Assembly: GCA_050010755.1 (NCBI GenBank)
Contig: JBEKKK010000001.1
Span: 896,001-960,000 of the forward strand
Length of the DNA: 64,000 bases
Direction of reading: 5' to 3'
Source of the DNA: Candidatus Bathyarchaeia archaeon
Lineage (GTDB): Archaea > Thermoproteota > Bathyarchaeia > Bathyarchaeales > Bathycorpusculaceae
Position numbers and translations under genes: made by a program. The notes beneath the pieces are model-generated. The model made no database searches. It had not been told where the DNA came from and was given only the letters and a program-made list of their open reading frames with translations. Positions within the stretch are counted from its first letter, which is position 1; each line of letters starts with the position of its first letter. Shown here in pieces: positions 57,942 to 64,000 of this stretch.

Positions 57942-59099
57942 TTATTGTGCTATATCAAAACGCATTACACTTAAAATAGCGCGCGCTTTTTTCGATGTCA
58001 ACACAACAACTATTGAAACGGCCAAGAACAACACTAGGATAAGTGCTGCACTGCTGAACTCCGGTATAGGGGATTCTGATATTACCGAGACCGTGCTGTC
58101 GCCAGCATTGGTCACGAATATCTCGCCCTTGCCAGAATCATAAGCTACGGCAAAGGGACCGTTTCCCACGGTCATGTTTGCAACCACAGTATTGTTGGTG
58201 TCCGATATAATCGAGACCGTGCCGTCAACAGTATTGGCCACGAAGATATCGCCCGTGCTGGAATCATAAGCTAATTCTTCTGGAGTGAGTCCCAAGGTTA
58301 TGTTTGCAACCACGGCATTGGTACTGTCCGATATGACCGAGACTGCGTTGACGCCAGCATTGGTCACGAATATCTCGCCCTTGCCAGAATCATAAGCTAC
58401 GCCGTAAGCTACGCCTCGGCCAGCGCCGTTTCCCAAGGTTATGTTTGCAACCACGGCATTGGTGCTGTCCGATATAACTGAGACCGTGTCGGGATTCTGA
58501 TTGGCCACAAATATCTCGCCTTTGCCGGAATCATAAGCTATGCCTTCGGGCTCGGTGTACCCTGTTCCCAAAATTATGGTTGCAACCACAGTATTATTAC
58601 TGTCCGATATGACCGAGACCGTGGGAGGGTTGTCGTCCTGATTTGTTACGAATATCTCGCCTTTGCCGGAATCATAAGCTATGCCATTGGGACTGGCTCC
58701 CACGGTTATGTTTGCAACCACAGCGTTAGTAGTATCCGAGATAGCCTGGACCGTCTTGACGCCGTAAAAATTGGATACGAATATCTCGCCTTTTCCAGAA
58801 TCATAAGCTATAGCGCGGGGAGTGGGTCCTGTGGTTATGTTTGCAACCACGGCATTAGTGCTGTCCGATATAACTGAGACCGTGCTTGGAGCATAATTGG
58901 CGCCCTCATTGGTTACGAATATTTCGCCTTTTCCAGAATCATAAGCTATGCCATAATCATAGGGAGGAGAGGCGGTGGGGTTACCCACTGGTATCGTGGC
59001 AATTACTCCAATTGCATAGACCGAATGGGCAATTGACAAGGCAAAAATCGCAATGAATATTAGACCCAAAAGCTTCCAAACTTTGACTTTCATATGCAT
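57942..59099 (-). CDS. YncE/YVTN 7-bladed beta-propeller surface protein with PEF-CTERM
   Basis: Seven AYDS(G/S)(K/T)G(E/D)IFV repeats, signal peptide, IPEF + TM + KK. Confidence 0.9.
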   Translation of the reverse strand: MHMKVKVWKLLGLIFIAIFALSIAHSVYAIGVIATIPVGNPTASPPYDYGIAYDSGKGEIFVTNEGANYAPSTVSVISDSTNAVVANITTGPTPRAIAYDSGKGEIFVSNFYGVKTVQAISDTTNAVVANITVGASPNGIAYDSGKGEIFVTNQDDNPPTVSVISDSNNTVVATIILGTGYTEPEGIAYDSGKGEIFVANQNPDTVSVISDSTNAVVANITLGNGAGRGVAYGVAYDSGKGEIFVTNAGVNAVSVISDSTNAVVANITLGLTPEELAYDSSTGDIFVANTVDGTVSIISDTNNTVVANMTVGNGPFAVAYDSGKGEIFVTNAGDSTVSVISESPIPEFSSAALILVLFLAVSIVVVLTSKKARAILSVMRFDIAQ

Positions 59100-59300
59100 T
59101 CCCCAACCTTTCCATCTAAAGCGCGAAAGTCGAATCTTCTTCTTGTCTTAAAAGGATTACTCATCAAAGTTTCTGGATGAGACATCATCGCTTGACACAT
59201 GGAAAGCATGGCGAGGTTCCCGTCCGAGGCGAACTTGACAAACGTTTCCGACGCTTTTTTGGGCTTGGTCATTTTCATTCTCACTTGAATCAGCCATACG

Positions 59301-60272
59301 TTGCTAATCAATTTCTATTTTGCCGTGCAGGCAAACAGCGCGCGCTTAGTATTTATGGGAGTCGTGGTCTTCCAGAGGTTGAGGATCATGATGACAGGCT
59401 TGGTCTTCTATTTGGTCGACGTGTTTGCTGAAGAAAAATACGCTGGAAATCAGCTTGCGGTGGTCAGGAATGCCGGTGCACTCTCTAGCGCTCAGATGCA
59501 GAGGATCGCAAACGAGATGCACTTTTCTGAAACGACCTTCATACTTTCAGATGAGAAGCGAGATGGTGGATACGATGTTCGCATCTTCACGCCGGCAAGG
59601 GAGATGCCTTTCGCTGGACACCCGACATTAGGCACTGCTTACGTGATAAGACGCTGTTTAGTCAACGAAAACATCGACAAGGTAGTTCTTAACCTGGAAG
59701 TGGGGCAGATCCCCGTTACCTTCGAAAGAGAAGAGGACCAAGAGGTGCTGTGGATGAAACAGATTCAGCCGGTCTTCGGTGAGACCTTTGATGCCGCGGA
59801 CATCGCGCAGATGTTGAACCTTGACCTCGAAGAGATAGACAACAACTATCCTGTTCAGGAAGTGTCCACGGGCGTTCCCTTCGTCATAGTTCCCCTGAAA
59901 ACTCTCCAAGGGGTAAAACGTGTCAGAATAGACAAAGACAAACACCTTGAACTGGTAAAAGAAACACAGGCAGAAACTCTTGTTTTCTCCCCTGAAACTT
60001 ACAACAAAGAAAACAATCTGAACGCACGAGTCTTCGTGGACTTGCACGGGATTCCCGAGGATCCGGCTGCCGGCTCGGCCAACGGCTGTTTGGCAGCTTA
60101 CCTTTCCCGGTACCGCTATTTTGGCGATGGCTCAGTCAGTGCCAGAGTGGAGCAGGGCTACGAAATAGGCAGGCCCTCTTTACTGCGTATCAAAGCGGAA
60201 AAGAGAGAAGGACAAATACTTGTTCACGTAGGAGGAAAGGTAGTGATGGTTGCCAACGGAGAACTCACATGA
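59301..60272 (+). CDS. PhzF family epimerase/isomerase
   Basis: VDVF....GN, SETTF, RIFTP..E.PFAGHPT and EDPAAGSANG motifs. Likely start about 59388. Confidence 0.9.
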   Translation: MLINFYFAVQANSARLVFMGVVVFQRLRIMMTGLVFYLVDVFAEEKYAGNQLAVVRNAGALSSAQMQRIANEMHFSETTFILSDEKRDGGYDVRIFTPAREMPFAGHPTLGTAYVIRRCLVNENIDKVVLNLEVGQIPVTFEREEDQEVLWMKQIQPVFGETFDAADIAQMLNLDLEEIDNNYPVQEVSTGVPFVIVPLKTLQGVKRVRIDKDKHLELVKETQAETLVFSPETYNKENNLNARVFVDLHGIPEDPAAGSANGCLAAYLSRYRYFGDGSVSARVEQGYEIGRPSLLRIKAEKREGQILVHVGGKVVMVANGELT

Positions 60273-60588
60273 TAACCCGCGCTGAGGATAACCTGTCACA
60301 AGAACCGCGACAGCATGTCTGCATATATTTTGAACCGCAACTCGAGGGCAAAGCATTCTTCGAGAAGTGTGCGCCCTCCATTGGAAACACAACCTAGAAG
60401 GTATTCGAGCGCGCCTTCGCACTTCACGCTGGGACTTATTGTTGCTGCGATCTTTGTGTTCACCCTAAGTCTTTCACAAGAAGTAAAGACCTCAAATCGT
60501 TAGCGCGCGCTTACCATTGCAGACTCGCTTTCTTAGAAAAACTTTTCTAATGCGCGCGATTCGCTTGCGATTAAACACTAAAGATAAG

Positions 60589-62424
60589 CTAGAAAGACCT
60601 AGATTCGCGCAAGTTCTGGAAGTGTTCTTTCAAGTATTCCTCAATCAAGCCATAAACAAAATCCAGCATGGGCGTGTCCTCAAAGATGAAATCTAGTGCA
60701 CATTGACGGGCACTAGTCATAGTGTAGCTTTTTCCCTTAAAGACAACAGTCTTTCCAAAATCACGAAAAGAGATATTCGCAAGCTCTCCAGCCGATTCCT
60801 TCCTACTGAGAAATATTCTCTGTTCGTTATCGGTTGGGCAGGACAAACCAAAGAATTCAACAGTTGGCCTGTCTGTAAATGCTTTTACTTCTTTTTTTGC
60901 ACTAAACAGTACTGCTTCAAGTGTAGCATTATCAAACAAGCTCAAATCTTTAACATTAGGGAAATTCGTGGAAATTATCTGATTGTAGACTGTTGGTAAA
61001 TTATCAAAGAATATTCCTAGATTCCTTTCAAGCGCCTCTGGTGAAAACACGTTCCAGACCCAATTTCCCAATTCTCGCGCTCTAGAAAAGTCTTTTCGCT
61101 CATAAGGCCTAGCGATTTTGCGATTTTCGTTCAATTTTAGCAATGAGAATAACTCATAGAAAATGCGAAAAGACAAAGCCCTGCTTCCGATTGGTATTAC
61201 GGGGATGGGTAAGTTCTTTTGAATCGATTCTTGCGTTTTTGTGGATATGTTTTTCCTCTCCTCTTCCGTCAAAGAATGAGATAGAAAGTCAGGGTCAAAA
61301 TAAGGTCTTCCAAAAAGAGCTTTAGAAAATGAATTGATGCCATTTCTCTTGACATCAATTATAAACTTAATAGTTTCGAAAGTCCACATCGGCAAGTACT
61401 GGAAAAATGCCTTACCGATTTCATCAATCGAATACTCATCTTTTTCGTCCAAACCCATCTGAACGTGAAACTTGTCAATGAAAGCAAAAACGAATTCTTT
61501 GGCAATGAATTCACTGCCCTGATGGTTTAACAATTTATGCTGTACCACTTCATTTACCATTTTTTCAATTTCTTCCATTGCAAATTGGCTGGGCCTTTTT
61601 CGAACAGGGTTTTCTGTGAAGTATCCAAAAGTGCTCAGGCCGTTCTTTTTCAACTCTTCATGAAGTCCTTCATCAACTTCTTTAATCAGAACGTCATTTT
61701 TTCCGTAAGGAATAGGATATAAAGCGTATCGAACGCTGTTTTCTTTATAGGAAAAGTAAGCCAAGCCGAGCTTCCAAGCAGTAGGATAAAATACCTTCTT
61801 GACAATAGAATATCGTCCGTCCAAGTATCTGTTAAGGCAGTCAAGGAAAACTTGAATTTCAGCGAATTCTCTCCTTTCAACGCCGACTACTGGATTGGTT
61901 TTCTCTAACAGTTTGATATAAACTTCATTTGCTCGCATAAGGTTGAAGAAGGATTGAACGATAGCTTTCCACTCTTCTATATACTTTGAATCACTTCCGT
62001 CAATGACATTTGAAGCTGGAAAATGGATAACTACAGATGCTTGTTGAAGCTTATCAAGAGGTTGTGTCAAGAGCTTACTGCTCACATGAACCCAAAACGC
62101 TTTCTTGCTCTCTGTGTCTACACCAACAAGTATGACAGGATTACAAGTGGCTTTCTCGCTGTAAGCAAAAAGTGAAGTAGGACATTGAATCTTGGGCAAT
62201 TTATCAGGTAGCTTCTTGATTTGAACCTCAAGCTTGCCGTAGGGCGAACCGCTATTGTCAACCAACTCCATATAGCCATCAATATTTGGAAATTTATCTC
62301 TCTCTTTGATGTCGAGCTTCACTCTGCTTTGGTCAACTAGCCCTTTGAAAATTGTTACCGACACTACTTCAGTAGTGTCGGTGGGAGAATAGGGGGCAGG
62401 TTTGACTTGTTTTTCCTCAGCCAT
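60589..62424 (-). CDS. DUF4365-like PD-(D/E)xK nuclease-domain protein
   Basis: N-terminal DKFPNIDGYMEL...VQIK motif; AT-rich coding sequence. Confidence 0.65.
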   Translation of the reverse strand: MAEEKQVKPAPYSPTDTTEVVSVTIFKGLVDQSRVKLDIKERDKFPNIDGYMELVDNSGSPYGKLEVQIKKLPDKLPKIQCPTSLFAYSEKATCNPVILVGVDTESKKAFWVHVSSKLLTQPLDKLQQASVVIHFPASNVIDGSDSKYIEEWKAIVQSFFNLMRANEVYIKLLEKTNPVVGVERREFAEIQVFLDCLNRYLDGRYSIVKKVFYPTAWKLGLAYFSYKENSVRYALYPIPYGKNDVLIKEVDEGLHEELKKNGLSTFGYFTENPVRKRPSQFAMEEIEKMVNEVVQHKLLNHQGSEFIAKEFVFAFIDKFHVQMGLDEKDEYSIDEIGKAFFQYLPMWTFETIKFIIDVKRNGINSFSKALFGRPYFDPDFLSHSLTEEERKNISTKTQESIQKNLPIPVIPIGSRALSFRIFYELFSLLKLNENRKIARPYERKDFSRARELGNWVWNVFSPEALERNLGIFFDNLPTVYNQIISTNFPNVKDLSLFDNATLEAVLFSAKKEVKAFTDRPTVEFFGLSCPTDNEQRIFLSRKESAGELANISFRDFGKTVVFKGKSYTMTSARQCALDFIFEDTPMLDFVYGLIEEYLKEHFQNLRESRSF

Positions 62425-62508
62425 TTAACATTTCCTTTCAAGCTTAGGCAAACATCTCTGTTTAAATGGATATAGGCTTTGCTGCACTTGACTTGGATTG
62501 ATAAGCAA

Positions 62509-62583
62509 CGGGTGGGGTGGGATTTGAACCCACGACCACTGGCTTAGAAGGCCAGTGCTCTATCCATGCTGAGCTACTCACCC
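62509..62583 (-). tRNA. tRNA-Arg(TCT), no intron, CCA not encoded
   Basis: CTGGC-CTTCTAA-GCCAG anticodon arm and GTGGG-TTCAAAT-CCCAC T-arm; one A-C mismatch in the acceptor stem. Confidence 0.9.
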
Positions 62584-62648
62584 TTTCTAGCTAGGCCAAC
62601 AACGATATAGAAACTATTATAACAGTTTTGCAGAGAAAACTGAAGGAC

Positions 62649-63398
62649 ATGGAATACTCCGAATTTCTCACTCGTATCAGAGAAGTAAAGAAAATGGGCT
62701 ATGTCAAATCGCATCGAGAGGGACCTACAGGTATAGGAAAGACTCTTGAAGACTTGTTGGGGCTGAAAGAAAACAATATCCAAGGTCCAGATTTTTCAAA
62801 CTATGAACTAAAGGCTTCTAGAAAAGGGTCTAACTCAATGATAACTTTATTCACCAAGAAATTAGAACCTGATAGCGGAGAAAAGTTGTGGGAGACTTAC
62901 GGTAACCGAGGAAAAGGAAGTACTTCAAGCAAGTCTAAACAGACACTGCTTGTTGGTTCGGTGGGAGATGATGAGTACATCCCACCAAGTGAAAGGAGAC
63001 TGCATTCGACAGTTATAACTCAAGCTGAAAACCCTGACAGTTTCATTCTTGTGGTTGATGAAAACAGAATTACAATAAAAAACAAGAAGAACGTTGAATG
63101 TTACTATAGTCTTTCTATACTAAAGGAAACTCTGGAAAAGAAGTATGCTAGTCTGATTCATGTCTTAGCCGACCACAAGAAAGACAAAGGACAAGAATAT
63201 TTTTGGTTTAATGAAGCGTACCTCTATAGTGGGTTCGATTTTCCAACTCTTATGAAGGTCGTAAGAGAAGGAAGAATTAAAGTCGATGTCAGAATTGGAC
63301 ATTACCCTGATGGTAGAGTTCACGACCACGGAACTGGATTGAGAATTTCGCCAATCTATCTCCCAGAATGTTTTCAGTCGAAATCAAAGATTCTGTGA
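62649..63398 (+). CDS. MvaI/BcnI family restriction endonuclease
   Basis: GIGKTLEDLLG.KENN..GPDF..YELKA, ITLFT and HDHGTGLRI motifs. Confidence 0.85.
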   Translation: MEYSEFLTRIREVKKMGYVKSHREGPTGIGKTLEDLLGLKENNIQGPDFSNYELKASRKGSNSMITLFTKKLEPDSGEKLWETYGNRGKGSTSSKSKQTLLVGSVGDDEYIPPSERRLHSTVITQAENPDSFILVVDENRITIKNKKNVECYYSLSILKETLEKKYASLIHVLADHKKDKGQEYFWFNEAYLYSGFDFPTLMKVVREGRIKVDVRIGHYPDGRVHDHGTGLRISPIYLPECFQSKSKIL

Positions 63399-63431
63399 TT
63401 TCATGCTCCCTATGAGGAACACATATCTCTT

Positions 63432-64000
63432 TTAGTTAGGTGGTTTCCAGAAATCAAGCATAAATTCCATCGTCGCCCCCAAAGAGATAAAATTGTTTGG
63501 CCAGCCAAAAATCCCAACTTTGTTTACGAGGTTACGTTTGTCCCAAATGAAAGTGTTCCTAAACTCGAAACCAGCTTTTTGTAATGCTTCCATTACGTAG
63601 ACATGAGTCGGGATGCGCTTGTTATTTTCCCACACATCATTAACATTTATGACGCAATGAGCTTTTGTTCTCATCAGCGGAAGAATTCCAGAGTAAATCT
63701 CTTCAAGAGCCTTGCCATACTGATCGTGATTCATCGTGCCAAGGTCTCGCGCATCATTAGAATACTGTTGGACCTTTAGATAGTGGCTGTTCTTCCTTAG
63801 GTCTCCCCTGATGCTCTTGTTCAGGCGCTGGTGAGCGAGCATGTTGGCGTAGGGCGGCGAGGTTATACACAAAGAAACCGTATTATTTTCCAAGTATTGA
63901 GGGATTTTGTGCGCGTCGTCAAGGATGGCAATCTGTTGCGTGTTATCGTCTACAATCCTTTTTTGCGCAAGCCTCTTCTTGCTTATCTCTATGTATTCCT
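63432..64000 (-). CDS. N4-cytosine/N6-adenine DNA methyltransferase (5' part outside window)
   Basis: TSPPY catalytic motif. The frame stays open to the window edge (EYIEISKKRL...) and is convergent with the endonuclease. Confidence 0.85.
   Translation of the reverse strand, partial: EYIEISKKRLAQKRIVDDNTQQIAILDDAHKIPQYLENNTVSLCITSPPYANMLAHQRLNKSIRGDLRKNSHYLKVQQYSNDARDLGTMNHDQYGKALEEIYSGILPLMRTKAHCVINVNDVWENNKRIPTHVYVMEALQKAGFEFRNTFIWDKRNLVNKVGIFGWPNNFISLGATMEFMLDFWKPPN

Noticed and set aside
25188-62508. Classical integron with attC sites
   Set aside because: No IntI gene, no attC-length hairpins, and the genes lie in mixed orientations with their own promoters.

Overview
Archaeal DNA, most likely Bathyarchaeia (TACK). 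This is inferred from Alba, PEF-CTERM sorting tails, a NitrOD5-like gene, a TFB-like cyclin domain, BRE/TATA promoters and an archaeal integrase C-terminal motif. 1-12 kb holds housekeeping and ion-homeostasis genes: Trm11-like methylase, dCTP deaminase, GNAT, GAF, and two P3A H+-ATPases flanking a CLC. 12-25 kb is a surface-fibre and regulatory block: a large TPR+Ig protein, a pilin/TasA-like subunit present twice, a related adhesin with nested insertions, several regulators and a small secreted peptide. It ends at tRNA-Val(GAC). 25-62.5 kb is a mosaic accessory region: an arsenic/heavy-metal cluster, PEF-CTERM surface proteins, many microproteins, gene fragments and duplicated pieces. It ends at tRNA-Arg(TCT), which is flanked by a DUF4365 nuclease gene and an MvaI/BcnI-type restriction-modification pair. 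The most striking unexplained signal is a highly iterated palindrome, (T/A)AGCGCGCGCT(A/T), seen about 45 times by eye and mostly between genes. It brackets single-gene units and lies at the edges of duplicated or truncated segments, including an integrase remnant. This suggests a cassette-like recombination or chromosome-organisation system. All calls come from reading the sequence; no database searches were run.
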